NCBI GenBank assembly: GCA_964465735.1
Contig: CAYXKT010000003.1
Coordinates: 1 to 50,312, forward strand
Reading direction: 5' to 3'
Source: an uncultured bacterium
GTDB lineage: Bacteria; Auribacterota; Erginobacteria; Erginobacterales; Erginobacteraceae
Length of the DNA: 50,312 nucleotides
This document shows positions 9,366 through 21,209 of this stretch, piece after piece (positions within the stretch are counted from its first letter, which is position 1; every line of letters starts with the position of its first letter). A program made the translations under genes and the position numbers. The notes beneath the pieces were generated by a model. The model saw nothing but the letters and a program-made list of their open reading frames with translations. It searched no databases and had not been told where the DNA came from.

Positions 9366-10559
9366 TTACCAGATCGAGAACATCTGTCTCCCCTGTAGTA
9401 TCGGCGTAACCGAAGGAGTCGGGGTAATTGACGGAGTCGGCGTGGCCGAGGGGGTGGGCGACGGGGTAACCGACGGGGTCGGGGTTATCAAGGGAGAGGG
9501 AGTGGCCGAGGGCTTGGGCGACGGGGTCGGCGTCAGGAAGCGACAGATTGAAACGTCGTCGAAAGCCAGGTTTCCGGAGGACTTGGTGTAGGTGAACTGG
9601 AATTGGATGCTGGCCGGCCGAACCGCCAGAGGGCCGAAATTGGTCCCGGTGGTCGGGAGCGGGACCATATTGGTCACCGTGGACCAGGCTGTGCCGTCGG
9701 AACTTTCCTCGACCAGAAATGAACTGGTGATGTCCGTACTCTGGCCCTTGAGCCAGAAGTAGATATCCTCAGGAGCCGCGATCTCCGGGGTCTTTACTCG
9801 GGCGTTGTTTTGATCAAATTTGAGAGAGGGTGACTGACGGCCGAAATTGCCCGACGTGGTGTAATTATCGGTAATCCCGGTGAAAGTCCAGCCGGTAGGG
9901 ACGGTCCAGTCCGCGGCAAGAAAATCATCAAACCCCTCGGGAAAATCCGGAGCGGGTCGGCAGTTCGGCCAGCCCAATGGGGCGGGGATCTCGCCCAGCC
10001 AGGCGGCACCGATCAAAAACTTCGGGGTTCCGGTGCTACGCTGGGCGCTCAGCCGGATTCCTCCTAAATCCCCGGTCCCGATTGAAAAGCTCTCGGAGAT
10101 CTGGATCCAACCCGATTCCTCTTTGTAGTCGGTAAAACTCGCCGACTGGTAGCTGCCGTTGACAGGATTGGCGATGCGCAACGAGACCCGGATATAATTG
10201 GTCGCGGTGACGTCAAGGGCCTTGATCCAGACCTGGGCGTGATAGGTCCCGGCGGCGGTTATCTTCACCCCGGGGTCCGAGGTCAGTGTGTAGGTGGTTC
10301 CGATCGGTGCCCACTGAGCGGAGTAATTCCCGACCAGGGAGTCCGAGTTGCGGGTGATGTGGCTGGCGGTCCCGGATTTGATCCAATTGTGGAGGTCGTC
10401 AGCGCTCGTTCCGCTCCCGTCCCAGGTTTCGAAGTTCCAGTTCCGGCCGACTAACAAGTTCTCTTCGGCCCCCGCCCGTCCGATGGCACCGAAACAGAGC
10501 AGCAGCAATCCCAGCGCCAGTACCCGTGGCGGCCAAACTAAATGTTGGTTTATTCTCAT
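9366..10559 (-). CDS. Secreted protein with CBM/galactose-binding-like beta-sandwich domains and C-terminal Pro/Thr/Ser repeat tail
   Basis: 397 aa with signal peptide ([18 protein letters not shown]). The N-terminal NWNFETWDG...W pattern resembles CBM4/9-type modules. The tail is [44 protein letters not shown]. The domain call is pattern-based only. Confidence 0.6.
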   Translation of the reverse strand: MRINQHLVWPPRVLALGLLLLCFGAIGRAGAEENLLVGRNWNFETWDGSGTSADDLHNWIKSGTASHITRNSDSLVGNYSAQWAPIGTTYTLTSDPGVKITAAGTYHAQVWIKALDVTATNYIRVSLRIANPVNGSYQSASFTDYKEESGWIQISESFSIGTGDLGGIRLSAQRSTGTPKFLIGAAWLGEIPAPLGWPNCRPAPDFPEGFDDFLAADWTVPTGWTFTGITDNYTTSGNFGRQSPSLKFDQNNARVKTPEIAAPEDIYFWLKGQSTDITSSFLVEESSDGTAWSTVTNMVPLPTTGTNFGPLAVRPASIQFQFTYTKSSGNLAFDDVSICRFLTPTPSPKPSATPSPLITPTPSVTPSPTPSATPTPSITPTPSVTPILQGRQMFSIW

Positions 10560-10581
10560 TGGATCGCGCAGTTGGCCGGGT

Positions 10582-13500
10582 TTAAGGAGTAATTACCTGC
10601 AGGGTGACCAGAAGTCCGGCACCCGGGGTGGTGGAGCCGATCTGGTCGATGTTAACGTAGATCCGCTGCCCGAAACCAATCTTGTATTTGGCAGGGGCAA
10701 TGTTGGTGGTGGTGGCCGCCTGGTTCCCGGTTTGGCCCAGGTTAAGCTGTCCAGCTCCGGCGATCAGGTCGTCGGAGGCTCCGCCGATGCCGATCGCCAG
10801 AAGGGCGTCAGTTCCGTTGGCAGCGGTCTCCAACTGGCCGGTGGCTCGGACCACGTAACCCTCGGCCATCTGCCAGGTGGCCAAACCCATAAAGTTATCG
10901 CCGGCGGCGATATCACCCTGCTGATAGAAATTAACCTGTCGGAGCATCTCCGGGCTTCCGGTCTGAAGGTAAGCGTCATAGGAAGCGGTCATCGGCGCCC
11001 CGGCCAGTGTGACCGTCCCCGCAGAATAGGCGGTTACCATCCCGTAGCTCCAGGTGCCCGGGCTGTCGGCATAGCGGATCGGCGTTCCGACCTTGAAGGC
11101 CGCCTGGTTGGCAGCGTCGTTGGTGACCGTGAATGTCGCGTCGCTGGTCCGGGTAAAGTCGCGGTAGGCCCACCGAGTGAGCTGTTCACCAGCCCAGTGT
11201 AGGTCACCGGCGACATTGTAGAGCCGGTCGGTGGTGGTGGCCGGGGCCGAGGTCTGTTCCAACCAGGTCCGACCAGCCACGCTCAAGACCTCGGCGGGGG
11301 CGGTGGTCCCGATCCCCACCTTCCCGTCGTTGGTTACAGTCAGGCGGGCGTCGGTCTTGGAGACGTTGGTGCTGCCTGCGCTATTCTCGGTGGCCAGATG
11401 GATGGACCCCCGGCCATAACTTGCCGTCCGTTCGAAGATCACCGCCCCTTTTCGGTTAAGGTTGCCGGCGGAGTGGATTCGGAAGTTGAGGCCGGTGACA
11501 TCTCCTTCTGTGGTGGTGGGGCTTTCCAGGTTAAGGGGGACGGTGTTGGCCGCGCTGAGATCGAGGTAGTTCCTCGGAAGGCTGGTGCCGATCCCGAGAT
11601 AACCCCCGTCCTTCTGGAGGATCAGGTTGCGGGCGGTCCCATCGTCATCAACATCGAGATAGGCATAGCGGCTGGCGGCGGTGGCGTGGGTTCCCAGGCC
11701 CAGCCGGAGCTGGAGTGGGCTGACTCCGGTGCTGGCCACTCGGAAGACGTCTTCGGAGGCGGTGGTCGATTTGGGATTGGTTCCCCGGACGTCCAGGCGC
11801 AGGTCGGGGACCTGGGTGCCGATCCCCAGTCGCTTGTTTGTGCTATCCCAGAAGAAGTTGTCGTCTCCGCCCAGTGAGGTGGCTGAGGACCAGAAGGTGG
11901 CCTGACCAGTGGCCCCGGACCCAAAGAGTCCGGTACCGGTCAGGGTGATCCAGCGGGCACCGTCACTGTATTTGAGGGATTTGTCGGCGGTGTTGAAGAA
12001 GAGTCCCCCTGCGGTACCGACGGCCGGATCAGCACCGGTCCCAACTAAGAGGAAGACTCCGGTGTCGCGCATCGAGAAGAACCGTTTACCTAAGAGTGTG
12101 AAGTCGATGTTGCCGTTGGAAGCCTGGTAGATACCGGTGTTGGACTCGCCTCCCAGGGAGATGATCGGGTTGGTGTTGGAGCCGTTGCCGTTCAGGATGA
12201 AATGGCCGGTGGCGTCGAAGGTCGCCCGCAAGTTTCCACTGGTAGTAACGCCGATCGCGTTGTTGCCGCTACGGTAGAAACCGGTGTCATTATCTCCGTC
12301 CCAGGTAAGTGCCGGTGCGGCTGCCGATCCATCAGTATCCAGGGCTACGATGTCGGCGGTTATATTGGTGAACTCAGCGGAGGAGGGGACGGTAGCCCCG
12401 ATCAGGGTCCCGTCGATATTCCCGCCGTTAATGTCGGCGGTGGCGATAGTGCCGGTGCCGGCGACGTAAAGGTCTTTCCACCGGGCACCGCTGCTGCCCA
12501 GGTCCCGGGTGTTATCTGCGTCCGGGATAAGGCCGGCGGCGATGCCTGTGATGTTGCTGAGATCTCGGAGAGCGAAGTCGCCCGCGCCCCCGGCCGAACC
12601 GGTCAGGGCGATCCAGTCGGTTCCGTTATAGTACATCAGGGATTTGGTGGTAGAACTGGCGTAGAGCATCCCGGCCGATGTGGCGGCGGGGTTGAAGGTG
12701 GCGCCGGCAATCGGGGTCAGGTAAAGGTGGGCGGCGTCTCCGGTGGCGGGGGGGTCGATATGGAGGACCGGCTGGGGAAAAGTGGTGTTGCCGACCCGGA
12801 AAGTGACCAGCGGATTGGCCTGGCTGACGGTGTTGTTGGAGTAAACGGTTAATCCCCCGAAGTTGTTTCCGGTATTGAGGATGTGGAGTGCGCCGCCTTC
12901 AGCTTGAGTGATCCCGCTATCGGAGTTGCCGGACTGAGTGATCATAATCGCCGGCTTGCCGGTGGCATTAGTGAACTGGGCTGCTTTCCCCGTTCCCGCC
13001 TGGCGGACATAGAGGGCGTTCCCCCCGGCCGACGGACGGCTCTGGTAAACCTGGAGCGCCGCTCCGGTGGTGAGGGCGTCCGAACTCGCGGTGATATTGA
13101 CGACGTTGCCCTGCACGGCGGTGGACGACCGGATATAAACGCCGTCGCCCCCGGTGTTGCTGGCGTGGACTCCCAGGGCCCGCCCGGGGGAGGTCCGTTC
13201 AATCAGGACCGCTTCGTTGTTCTCGCCGCCGCTGCCTCCGGAATGAGAGATGACCAGGGCCCGTCCGGTGTTGGCGGTGAAAGTCACCAGGTCGTATTTG
13301 GTGTTGGCGGCGGTCGAGGAGACGTCGAGAGCGGTCCCGGTGGTCAGGTTGTTGGCCACGATCTGGAGAGCCTCGCCGTCGGTCGCGGTGGAGGCCAGGG
13401 TGACCTTATCGCTGGCGGCGTTATAAGCAAGAGCTGCTTCCTCGGAGAGGAGGCCGTCGGCGCCGGTCCAGACCAGGTGCCCGGGCGTAAGACCGGTGGC

Positions 13501-16500
13501 CACGGTCCCCGCGGTCAGGTTGGTGAAAGCCCCGGCAGCGGCGGTGGTTACACCGATCGGAGGCGGGGCGGCGAAGACACCGGCCAGGTTGGAGGGGACT
13601 ATCGCCTTGTCGGTAGCGGTGCCGGTCACCGCCTCGGCATTGGTAGCGATCTCGATCACGCCGATGTCTGTCTCCGTTGCGCTGATACCGGAGACCGTGA
13701 GTGTTCCAGCCCCGACAGTAGAGGTGATACCGTTACTGGTGCCAACTGCAGCGATGGCCGGAGCGGCACCGGTGGATCCGATGATCAGTTGTCCGTCGGT
13801 CATAGCCGCCAGGTCGTCCAAGGTGGATTCATTGGTCCAGTACGCCATCGTATTCGCGGTGCCGGCACCGTTCAACCCCGCTCCGATCGGGAGACCGTCC
13901 ACATAGGTCTTGACCGCTTGCTCGGTGGGGACAGCGGCGTCGCTGTTCCCGGCCAGAGTCCCGTCGATCGAGAACTCGTTGATCGTTGCCCCGGAAGCGA
14001 GATGGGCGGTGGCGGCGCTCAGGCCGGTGAAAGTCGCGTTGACGGCGGTGAGCCGGTTGTTGGTGTCGTCATATTCAAAACCCGCCTGGCCGCTGATCTG
14101 AGAACTCTCGGTCCAGTAAGCTACCTGAGGTGAAGACCCGGTCCCCACCACCGTCCCGTCGCCGCTGCCGCCTTCCCCCGGGAGCGCCTGCCACTCGGTT
14201 CCGTTGTTGTAATAGAGCGTTCCGTCGATATTGACGTAAAAAGCTCCGGTATAGGTGTTCCAGGTGCCGCCAGGAGCGGGTTCGTTGGCCATTGGCACCA
14301 GGTGCAGGGGGGCCGCCGTCCCGGAGTTGGCTTGGAGCCTGAGTATCGGCTGCCGGTTAAAGGAGCTTCCCCCTCGGAACCAGACCAGAGGGGCGGCCGC
14401 CGACTGGTTACTGAAGGCGGTGATGGCACTGCCGAAGGCACCGGTGCCGGCATAGATATGGAGTGCCCCGCCGGCGCCGGCGGCGGACCCTGGTGATGAA
14501 TCCCCGGTCGAGGCGGTCTGGTTAATCCTGATAGCGCTGCGCTCTCCACCCTGCTCGATATTTACGGCGTACTGATCGGCCGCGCTCTGCTCAACCCGCA
14601 GGGCCGGACGGGTCGCAGTCTCCTTGACCTCGAGCCGGGCGGCGGGGGCACCAAGCGTGTTGATCCCCATTAGCTGGTTGGCGTTGATCCGGAAAGCCTC
14701 CGTGCCACCGGTGGAGATGGCGATGTTGTCAGCCGCCGGCTTCCAGATCCCGGTATCGTTATCGCCCTGGAAGGTTATCAGTGGAGTGGCGGCACTGCTG
14801 GAGGTATCGATGATCCGCATCCGTTCAGTGTTGCCGGTATAAAAATTGATCGTTCCGGCGGCGGGAGAGGTAATGTAAGTGCTGGCGGCGGTGCCCCAGT
14901 ACAATTTCTGGCCGCCGCCCGAGCCTACCTGGAGATCGTTCCAGGTCGCGACCTTGGTACCGGGGTAGACCCGCAGTTCCCGGTTGGGGGACCAGGTGCT
15001 GCCATCGCTGGCGTAGAGGGTGTCATTCGCCTGATCGGGCTCGGGGATTGAGCCCTCGCCGGAGGCGATCGGCTTCCACGATGATCCGTCGTGATACATA
15101 AAGGTGTCGGACTGGTTATTGAAGTACAATCCTCCCTTGGCGGCTGATCCCGGTTCGGCGTCAAGGGGTTGGAAACGGGTTTGACCGTTCGCTCGTATCG
15201 AGAAACGCAGGTTCCCGGCGGTGGTGAAACCGATTGTATTGGCGATCGGACGGTACATACCGGTACCAGGATCGGTGGCCCAGGTGATGATCGGGGATCC
15301 AGCCGATCCTGAGGAGTTAAGGGCGACGATTCCGGCGGTCAGGCCGGTGAAGGTCGCGTTGTCGGCGGTGAGCAGTTTGGTGGCGGCGTCATATTCAAAA
15401 CCCGCCTGGCCGCTGATCTGGGAATCCTGGGTCCAGTAGGCTACCTGAGGTGAAGACCCGGTCCCCACCACCGTTCCGTCGCCGCTGCCCCCGCTGTCGG
15501 AGTCTCCGGTCAGGGCGATCCAGTCGGTCCCGTTATAGTAATGGAGGGACCCGTCGGTCTTGACGTAAAACTCTCCGGCCAGGGAGGTGCCCGCTGGCGC
15601 TGCCTGCGGAACCAGATGAAGCGGGTTAGCCCCCGTGGTCCTTCCCTCCAAACGCAATACCGGTTGTCCGGAGAAAGGCGCCATCACCTTGAGCCAGGCC
15701 AGGGCCGACTGGGGCGCGGTCTGGGTGGAGTAGGCGGTAAGGGCGGGTCCGGTATTGCCCGAGTTCTGGATGTGGATGGCTCCGCCGCCGGTCTGGGAAC
15801 TGAGCGCGGCTTCGGTGCTACGATTGGCTTGTACCCAGATCGCCGACTTGCCGGTGGCACCGGCCGCGAGCGTGAACCGGGCGGCTTCCCCGGCCCCGTC
15901 CTGCTGGACAAAGAGGGCTTTGCCCAGGCCGCTGGAGTGATCCTGCTCGATCGTCAGGGCAGAACCGCCGGCGGTCAGGCCGGGGGAGTTGGCCTTGATC
16001 ATCATCGTCTGGCCGGAGGTGATGGAGGTGGATTCGACCCAGACCCCGCTACCGGTGGGGTTGTTGGAACGGACCTGGAGGGCCCGACCCGTCGCGCCAC
16101 GTTCGATGTAAACCATCGCGTCGCCGGTCGCCCCGGCCGAATTCGAGGTGACTTCCAAAGCGCGCCCCGAGGTCAGAGAATCAGCCGTGATCTCAACTGC
16201 GGTGGTAGTGGTCGCCCCGGAAGCTACGGTCAGTTTGTCGTTGGCGGTATTCCAGGTGAAGGCCGAATCGCCCCCGAAGTTGCCGCCGTCGTTGAATTGA
16301 ATCTCGGTGTCGCTTCCGGCTACGCCGTCCACGCCGGCGACGGCGTCATCCACGTACTCCCTGACCGCCTGTTCGGTCGGGATCTTGACATTCCCCCCGG
16401 CCAGCGTCGTGTCGGTCGAGAACTCTGTTATCGTCGCCCCGGCGCCCAGATAGGCGGTGGATGCGGTCAGGTTGGTGAAAGCCCCGGCAGCGGCGGTGGT

Positions 16501-19500
16501 TACACCGATCGGAGGCGGGGCGGCGAAGACACCGGCCAGGTTGGAGGGGACTATCGCCTTGTCGGTAGCGGTGCCGGTCACCGCCTCGGCATTGGTAGCG
16601 ATCTCGATCACGCCGATGTCTGTCTCCGTTGCGCTGATACCGGAGACCGTGAGTGTTCCAGCCCCGACAGTAGAGGTGATACCGTTACTGGTGCCAACTG
16701 CAGCGATGGCCGGAGCGGCACCGGTGGATCCGATGATCAGTTGTCCGTCGGTCATAGCCGCCAGGTCGTCCAAGGTGGATTCATTGGTCCAGTACGCCAT
16801 CGTATTCGCGGTGCCGGCACCGTTCAACCCCGCTCCGATCGGGAGACCGTCCACATAGGTCTTGACCGCTTGCTCGGTGGGGACAGCGGCGTCGCTGTTC
16901 CCGGCCAGAGTCCCGTCGATCGAGAACTCGTTGATCGTTGCCCCGGAAGCGAGATGGGCGGTGGCGGCGCTCAGGCCGGTGAAAGTCGCGTTGACGGCGG
17001 TGAGCCGGTTGTTGGTGTCGTCATATTCAAAACCCGCCTGGCCGCTGATCTGAGAACTCTCGGTCCAGTAAGCTACCTGAGGTGAAGACCCGGTCCCCAC
17101 CACCGTCCCGTCGCCGCTGCCGCCTTCCCCCGGGAGCGCCTGCCACTCGGTTCCGTTGTTGTAATAGAGCGTTCCGTCGATATTGACGTAAAAAGCTCCG
17201 GTATAGGTGTTCCAGGTGCCGCCAGGAGCGGGTTCGTTGGCCATTGGCACCAGGTGCAGGGGGGCCGCCGTCCCGGAGTTGGCTTGGAGCCTGAGTATCG
17301 GCTGCCGGTTAAAGGAGCTTCCCCCTCGGAACCAGACCAGAGGGGCGGCCGCCGACTGGTTACTGAAGGCGGTGATGGCACTGCCGAAGGCACCGGTGCC
17401 GGCATAGATATGGAGTGCCCCGCCGGCGCCGGCGGCGGACCCTGGTGATGAATCCCCGGTCGAGGCGGTCTGGTTAATCCTGATAGCGCTGCGCTCTCCA
17501 CCCTGCTCGATATTTACGGCGTACTGATCGGCCGCGCTCTGCTCAACCCGCAGGGCCGGACGGGTCGCAGTCTCCTTGACCTCGAGCCGGGCGGCGGGGG
17601 CACCAAGCGTGTTGATCCCCATTAGCTGGTTGGCGTTGATCCGGAAAGCCTCCGTGCCACCGGTGGAGATGGCGATGTTGTCAGCCGCCGGCTTCCAGAT
17701 CCCGGTATCGTTATCGCCCTGGAAGGTTATCAGTGGAGTGGCGGCACTGCTGGAGGTATCGATGATCCGCATCCGTTCAGTGTTGCCGGTATAAAAATTG
17801 ATCGTTCCGGCGGCGGGAGAGGTAATGTAAGTGCTGGCGGCGGTGCCCCAGTACAATTTCTGGCCGCCGCCCGAGCCTACCTGGAGATCGTTCCAGGTCG
17901 CGACCTTGGTACCGGGGTAGACCCGCAGTTCCCGGTTGGGGGACCAGGTGCTGCCATCGCTGGCGTAGAGGGTGTCATTCGCCTGATCGGGCTTGGGGAT
18001 CGAGCCCTCGCCGGAGGCGATCGGCTTCCACCCGTTGTGATAGTACATAAAGGTCCCGGTCTGAGCGTTGAAGTAGAGATCGCCGGATCTCGAGACCCCG
18101 GAAGATGGGGCTGTTCCCAGGGGCCGGAAGCGGATGTGGCCTTGTCCCCGAATTGAGAACATATCGGTCTGGCTACCCGCGAAGGAAATGTGATTATATG
18201 TCGAGTCAGCGTAGACCCCGAGATGGCTCTGATTGCCGAAGGAGACCGCGGGTACGGACCGTGTCCCCTGGGCGGCTATCCGCAACCGACGGTCGGGAGT
18301 TAAGGTCATCATCTGGGCTCCGCCGGTATAAAATTCCAGAGTATCCTGGTCGGGGCCCTGGATGTAAGTATTGGTGTCGCCGTAGAAGAACATTTTCTGC
18401 CGGATGCGGATATCCTTCTGGACGGTGGCGGTCCCGTCGGCCGAGATCAGAAAACCCGTGGTGGCGACCCAGGTGGTGCCGTCGGAGCCGCGGAGCGTAC
18501 AATCGGCCCCGATCGGGTTCATAATGCTCCCGGTTCCCGAGGCGATCGGGTGCCAGGTGGAGCCCTTAAAATACATAAAGGTGTTTTCGGTGTTGTTATA
18601 ATGAAGATCACCGGTTCTCGAGACCCCGACCGTCGGGGCCGTTCCCAGCGGCCGGAAGCGGACGTGGCCTTGTCCCCGGATCGAGAACATATCGGTCTGG
18701 CTACCCGCGAAGGAAATGTGATTATATGTTGAGTTGGCGTAGATCCCGAGATGACTCTGGTCACTGAAGGAAATTGCGGGCACCTCCTTAGTCCCCCCGA
18801 AGGTCATCCGTAACCGATGGTCGGGGGATAAGGTCATCGTCTGGGCTCCGCCGGTATAAAATTCCAGCGTATCCTGGTCGGGGCCCTGGATGTAAGTATT
18901 TGTATCGCCGTAGAAGAACATTTTCTGCCGGATGCGGATATCCTTCTGGACGGTGGCGGTCCCGTCAGCCGAGATCAGAAACCCTGTGGTGGCGACCCAG
19001 GTGGTGCCGTCGGAACCCCGGAGCGTGGAGTCGGCGCCCAGCGGATCCATAATGCTTCCGGTCCCCGAGGCCACCGGGTGCCAGGTGGCGCCTTTGAAGT
19101 ACATCAGGCTCTCCTGGTCGGTGTCGTAATAGAAATCGCCGTCCATACCGGAGGCCGGCTGGGGGATCGGGATGAAGCGGATCGCCCCGGTGGAACGGAC
19201 CGTGAACCGTCGGCTGGACTGGGTGGAGAAGTCGATCTGATCCGGCCCCGCCTTGAAAATCCCGGTGCCCCCATCCTCGGGGTTAAAGGAGATCAGAGGG
19301 CTGCCGGCCGATCCGTAAACCGACCGGGAAAAGAGGAGCCGAGAGGCCCCGGTCAGCTGGACGAAATCTCCCTCGTTTTGCGGGATGATGGTGGTACCCA
19401 CCCGGGTCCAGGGGGAGGTGGCGGAACTATCCTCCAGAGCGACCCATTGGCTGCCGTCCCAGTACTTGAATTTATTATCGCTGTTATCATAAGCGAAATA

Positions 19501-20076
19501 GCCCGCGTCGGGGGCGTCCGGGAGCGTTCCGGGGGTGACGCGGAAGTATGAACTGTCAATTACCGGCCGGGTCAGGGTCGGGTCAGTCAGGGTTTTATTG
19601 GTGATGATCTGGACATCGGTCACCCCGACAAAGGCGCTCTCCGGACTCTCCAGACCGTCAAGAAGGTCGGCGTTGACCGCGAAGGGGACGGTGAGGATCT
19701 CCTGGACGGGGGCGAGAGTCTCAAAGTAGGTCCCGTCAGTGGAGAAGGCCACCTGGAGGTAATAACTGTCTTGCCCCGTGAAGATTGAAGAAGGGAGATC
19801 AGCAGTGTCTCGGCCGAGGATGACGTTGTAGATACCTTCTACGCAAGTGGTTTCGGCATTTTCCGGACCCCAGTAAACATTGGTCATCGCCTCGTCACCG
19901 ATCCAGAACTTAAATGTCGAGTCTCCGGAATAACCGATATCACCTTCCTCGATTCGGCCCTGAAAGTTGATAGCCGGTTTGTCGTAGGGGTGGGGGAGAT
20001 TCTGACCCCAGGCGGGCAAGGCGATGAGTGCGACCAAGGTCGCGGTGAGAATAATCGGGAAGCTCGAAATTTTCAT
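10582..20076 (-). CDS. Giant (~3,160 aa) secreted surface fibre/adhesin-like protein with phage-tail-fibre-like repeat modules
   Basis: The track ORF is 10582..20103. The preferred start is the ATG at 20076, with GGAGG 6 nt upstream (cctcc at 20083..20087), giving [25 protein letters not shown]. Recurrent motifs are xMYYxGxxWxxLxG, [41 protein letters not shown] and (V/L)GIGTxxPxxxLxVxG, all typical of tail-fibre or Chlorovirus-glycoprotein-repeat-like proteins. It contains large internal repeats, listed separately. Confidence 0.85.
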   Translation of the reverse strand: MKISSFPIILTATLVALIALPAWGQNLPHPYDKPAINFQGRIEEGDIGYSGDSTFKFWIGDEAMTNVYWGPENAETTCVEGIYNVILGRDTADLPSSIFTGQDSYYLQVAFSTDGTYFETLAPVQEILTVPFAVNADLLDGLESPESAFVGVTDVQIITNKTLTDPTLTRPVIDSSYFRVTPGTLPDAPDAGYFAYDNSDNKFKYWDGSQWVALEDSSATSPWTRVGTTIIPQNEGDFVQLTGASRLLFSRSVYGSAGSPLISFNPEDGGTGIFKAGPDQIDFSTQSSRRFTVRSTGAIRFIPIPQPASGMDGDFYYDTDQESLMYFKGATWHPVASGTGSIMDPLGADSTLRGSDGTTWVATTGFLISADGTATVQKDIRIRQKMFFYGDTNTYIQGPDQDTLEFYTGGAQTMTLSPDHRLRMTFGGTKEVPAISFSDQSHLGIYANSTYNHISFAGSQTDMFSIRGQGHVRFRPLGTAPTVGVSRTGDLHYNNTENTFMYFKGSTWHPIASGTGSIMNPIGADCTLRGSDGTTWVATTGFLISADGTATVQKDIRIRQKMFFYGDTNTYIQGPDQDTLEFYTGGAQMMTLTPDRRLRIAAQGTRSVPAVSFGNQSHLGVYADSTYNHISFAGSQTDMFSIRGQGHIRFRPLGTAPSSGVSRSGDLYFNAQTGTFMYYHNGWKPIASGEGSIPKPDQANDTLYASDGSTWSPNRELRVYPGTKVATWNDLQVGSGGGQKLYWGTAASTYITSPAAGTINFYTGNTERMRIIDTSSSAATPLITFQGDNDTGIWKPAADNIAISTGGTEAFRINANQLMGINTLGAPAARLEVKETATRPALRVEQSAADQYAVNIEQGGERSAIRINQTASTGDSSPGSAAGAGGALHIYAGTGAFGSAITAFSNQSAAAPLVWFRGGSSFNRQPILRLQANSGTAAPLHLVPMANEPAPGGTWNTYTGAFYVNIDGTLYYNNGTEWQALPGEGGSGDGTVVGTGSSPQVAYWTESSQISGQAGFEYDDTNNRLTAVNATFTGLSAATAHLASGATINEFSIDGTLAGNSDAAVPTEQAVKTYVDGLPIGAGLNGAGTANTMAYWTNESTLDDLAAMTDGQLIIGSTGAAPAIAAVGTSNGITSTVGAGTLTVSGISATETDIGVIEIATNAEAVTGTATDKAIVPSNLAGVFAAPPPIGVTTAAAGAFTNLTASTAYLGAGATITEFSTDTTLAGGNVKIPTEQAVREYVDDAVAGVDGVAGSDTEIQFNDGGNFGGDSAFTWNTANDKLTVASGATTTTAVEITADSLTSGRALEVTSNSAGATGDAMVYIERGATGRALQVRSNNPTGSGVWVESTSITSGQTMMIKANSPGLTAGGSALTIEQDHSSGLGKALFVQQDGAGEAARFTLAAGATGKSAIWVQANRSTEAALSSQTGGGAIHIQNSGNTGPALTAYSTQTAPQSALAWLKVMAPFSGQPVLRLEGRTTGANPLHLVPQAAPAGTSLAGEFYVKTDGSLHYYNGTDWIALTGDSDSGGSGDGTVVGTGSSPQVAYWTQDSQISGQAGFEYDAATKLLTADNATFTGLTAGIVALNSSGSAGSPIITWATDPGTGMYRPIANTIGFTTAGNLRFSIRANGQTRFQPLDAEPGSAAKGGLYFNNQSDTFMYHDGSSWKPIASGEGSIPEPDQANDTLYASDGSTWSPNRELRVYPGTKVATWNDLQVGSGGGQKLYWGTAASTYITSPAAGTINFYTGNTERMRIIDTSSSAATPLITFQGDNDTGIWKPAADNIAISTGGTEAFRINANQLMGINTLGAPAARLEVKETATRPALRVEQSAADQYAVNIEQGGERSAIRINQTASTGDSSPGSAAGAGGALHIYAGTGAFGSAITAFSNQSAAAPLVWFRGGSSFNRQPILRLQANSGTAAPLHLVPMANEPAPGGTWNTYTGAFYVNIDGTLYYNNGTEWQALPGEGGSGDGTVVGTGSSPQVAYWTESSQISGQAGFEYDDTNNRLTAVNATFTGLSAATAHLASGATINEFSIDGTLAGNSDAAVPTEQAVKTYVDGLPIGAGLNGAGTANTMAYWTNESTLDDLAAMTDGQLIIGSTGAAPAIAAVGTSNGITSTVGAGTLTVSGISATETDIGVIEIATNAEAVTGTATDKAIVPSNLAGVFAAPPPIGVTTAAAGAFTNLTAGTVATGLTPGHLVWTGADGLLSEEAALAYNAASDKVTLASTATDGEALQIVANNLTTGTALDVSSTAANTKYDLVTFTANTGRALVISHSGGSGGENNEAVLIERTSPGRALGVHASNTGGDGVYIRSSTAVQGNVVNITASSDALTTGAALQVYQSRPSAGGNALYVRQAGTGKAAQFTNATGKPAIMITQSGNSDSGITQAEGGALHILNTGNNFGGLTVYSNNTVSQANPLVTFRVGNTTFPQPVLHIDPPATGDAAHLYLTPIAGATFNPAATSAGMLYASSTTKSLMYYNGTDWIALTGSAGGAGDFALRDLSNITGIAAGLIPDADNTRDLGSSGARWKDLYVAGTGTIATADINGGNIDGTLIGATVPSSAEFTNITADIVALDTDGSAAAPALTWDGDNDTGFYRSGNNAIGVTTSGNLRATFDATGHFILNGNGSNTNPIISLGGESNTGIYQASNGNIDFTLLGKRFFSMRDTGVFLLVGTGADPAVGTAGGLFFNTADKSLKYSDGARWITLTGTGLFGSGATGQATFWSSATSLGGDDNFFWDSTNKRLGIGTQVPDLRLDVRGTNPKSTTASEDVFRVASTGVSPLQLRLGLGTHATAASRYAYLDVDDDGTARNLILQKDGGYLGIGTSLPRNYLDLSAANTVPLNLESPTTTEGDVTGLNFRIHSAGNLNRKGAVIFERTASYGRGSIHLATENSAGSTNVSKTDARLTVTNDGKVGIGTTAPAEVLSVAGRTWLEQTSAPATTTDRLYNVAGDLHWAGEQLTRWAYRDFTRTSDATFTVTNDAANQAAFKVGTPIRYADSPGTWSYGMVTAYSAGTVTLAGAPMTASYDAYLQTGSPEMLRQVNFYQQGDIAAGDNFMGLATWQMAEGYVVRATGQLETAANGTDALLAIGIGGASDDLIAGAGQLNLGQTGNQAATTTNIAPAKYKIGFGQRIYVNIDQIGSTTPGAGLLVTLQVITP
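13511..15041. repeat. Copy A of a perfect 1,531-bp direct repeat inside the giant gene
   Basis: Matches 16463..17993 at an offset of exactly 2,952 bp (984 codons, in frame). The boundaries were read base by base, with the first mismatch at 15042/17994, and similarity with 2 mismatches continues to 15079/18031. The nested track ORFs 13910..14101, 14121..14549, 14255..14455, 14302..14496 and 14624..14842 have translations identical to their +2952 partners. Confidence 0.9.
16463..17993. repeat. Copy B of the perfect 1,531-bp direct repeat inside the giant gene
   Basis: See copy A. The repeat encodes ~510 identical residues (…[27 protein letters not shown] ... [19 protein letters not shown]). 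Confidence 0.9.
18004..19059. repeat. Two diverged in-frame tandem units of 528 bp (176 aa) in the N-terminal part of the giant gene
   Basis: The block [73 protein letters not shown] occurs twice. The landmark cataatgct(t/c)cc lies at 19048 and 18520, and the antisense ORFs 18932..19129 and 18404..18601 are offset by 528. Confidence 0.8.
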
Positions 20077-20461
20077 AGTTTTCCTCCGGGTAAAGGAGAA
20101 CATTTAAAGTGTCGTAAAAGAAATGATTATAGACAGATTAACTTACTCTATAACCATAACACAGAGAGAAGATATGTCAATGCGCGCAACTCTATAATAT
20201 TTATTTTTCTTCTCGGGAATAGTTTTTCTTATCTCGAGAGTTACTATAGCATATTCCGTGCCAGCATTAAAATATAATGAGAAAAATTCGAGTATATGGG
20301 TTGACAGGGAGAAAGCTTATGAACAAGAAGCCCTTGGCGGGCAAGATATGTCCCGTTACACGGCAATATATTCTGTGATAGCTGGTACTGTTCGGGTAAA
20401 GTTGAGTTATCCAGAGCTTGGATGATTTATACGGCATCACTTTTCCAACTCGGTGAAAATA

Positions 20462-21100
20462 TCAGTCGGGAAGTGGGGGATTGAGGATTCCGTGATATAT
20501 CGAGGTCAGATCCTGATCTCCGGTTTGATCGATTTCGCTTATTCGTTCCTGAATGGCGGGAAAACAACTGGGGTTGATCCCGAGGGCTTTCTGGTAATAA
20601 GCGGCCGCTTCCCGGTGGCGGTTCAGTTTTCGGAGCCGATCGCCGGCTCGGAGGTAGGCCGGGGCGAAATGAGGCAGGAGGCGGAGGGATTCCTGGAACG
20701 AAGTCAGGGCTTCGCGATCCTTTCCCAGTTGAGAGAGGGCGATCCCCAGGTTGTAGCGGGCTTCCCAGTAGTGAGGATTTAATCTGATCGCCTGTCCGTA
20801 ACGGGCAATTGCCTGGTCATAGCTGTCCTCTTCCGAGAGAGCGACCCCCAGGTTGTTATAAGAAAGAGCGTAATCCGGCTTGAGGCGAATCGCCTCCCGG
20901 TACTGTACGATCGCTTCCCTCCGCCGGCCGGTTTCACCCAGTTCGAGTCCGTAATTGTAATAGCCGCGGGCGTGTTCGGGACGGAGAAGGGTAACTTCAT
21001 ACCAGAGCGCGATCGAGTCGCTGTAAATCCGGTTCCATTGCCGGGCCAGGTGTCCGAGGAAAAGAGCGGAGGATAAGGTCAGACTCTCGGATATCGTCAT
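20462..21100 (-). CDS. TPR-repeat protein (C-terminal part of a deleted TMTC-like gene)
   Basis: 212 aa with 4-5 TPR units (YYNYGLELGETGRRREAIVQYREAIRLKPDYALSYNNLGVAL..., HYWEARYNLGIALSQLGKDREAL...). The N-terminal ALFLGHLARQWNRIYSDSIALWYE resembles the segment that links the last TM helix to the TPR domain in the gene at 1..2181. Confidence 0.7.
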   Translation of the reverse strand: MTISESLTLSSALFLGHLARQWNRIYSDSIALWYEVTLLRPEHARGYYNYGLELGETGRRREAIVQYREAIRLKPDYALSYNNLGVALSEEDSYDQAIARYGQAIRLNPHYWEARYNLGIALSQLGKDREALTSFQESLRLLPHFAPAYLRAGDRLRKLNRHREAAAYYQKALGINPSCFPAIQERISEIDQTGDQDLTSIYHGILNPPLPD

Positions 21101-21209
21101 AGACGAACTCTCCCCGGAAGATGTTGCCGTAGGCCAGGATACCCGCCGCGATCAGGATCAGTCCGGCGGCGGCGACCCGCCGCCGATCATTTCCCGGCGG
21201 TAACTTCAT
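20997..21209 (-). pseudogene. N-terminal remnant of a PMT/TMTC-like GT-C gene
   Basis: The 70-aa ORF MKLPPGNDRRRVAAAGLILIAAGILAYGNIFRGEFVYDDI has a TM helix plus the FVYDD motif, as in the gene at 1..2181. It then leaves the frame and overlaps the TPR ORF by 104 nt in another frame. The whole polytopic core is missing. Confidence 0.5.

Noticed and set aside
12883-17085. Long + strand ORFs (416 aa and 514 aa, plus many shorter ones) opposite the giant gene
   Set aside because: They are Gly/Arg/Asp-rich nonsense sequences that duplicate exactly with the 2,952-bp repeat. They lie antisense to a 9.5-kb uninterrupted ORF that has a signal peptide, an RBS and conserved fibre motifs.
13511-17993. 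Template/variable repeat pair of a diversity-generating retroelement
   Set aside because: The copies are identical rather than differing at adenine positions. They are ten times longer than DGR repeats, both are coding, and no reverse transcriptase is nearby.
20104-20461. AT-rich 360-bp region upstream of the giant gene as a possible RNA gene or mobile remnant
   Set aside because: I found no convincing inverted repeats, tRNA-like cloverleaf or conserved box. It is most simply the promoter and leader region of the giant gene. I could not place -35 and -10 elements with confidence, so no feature is reported.
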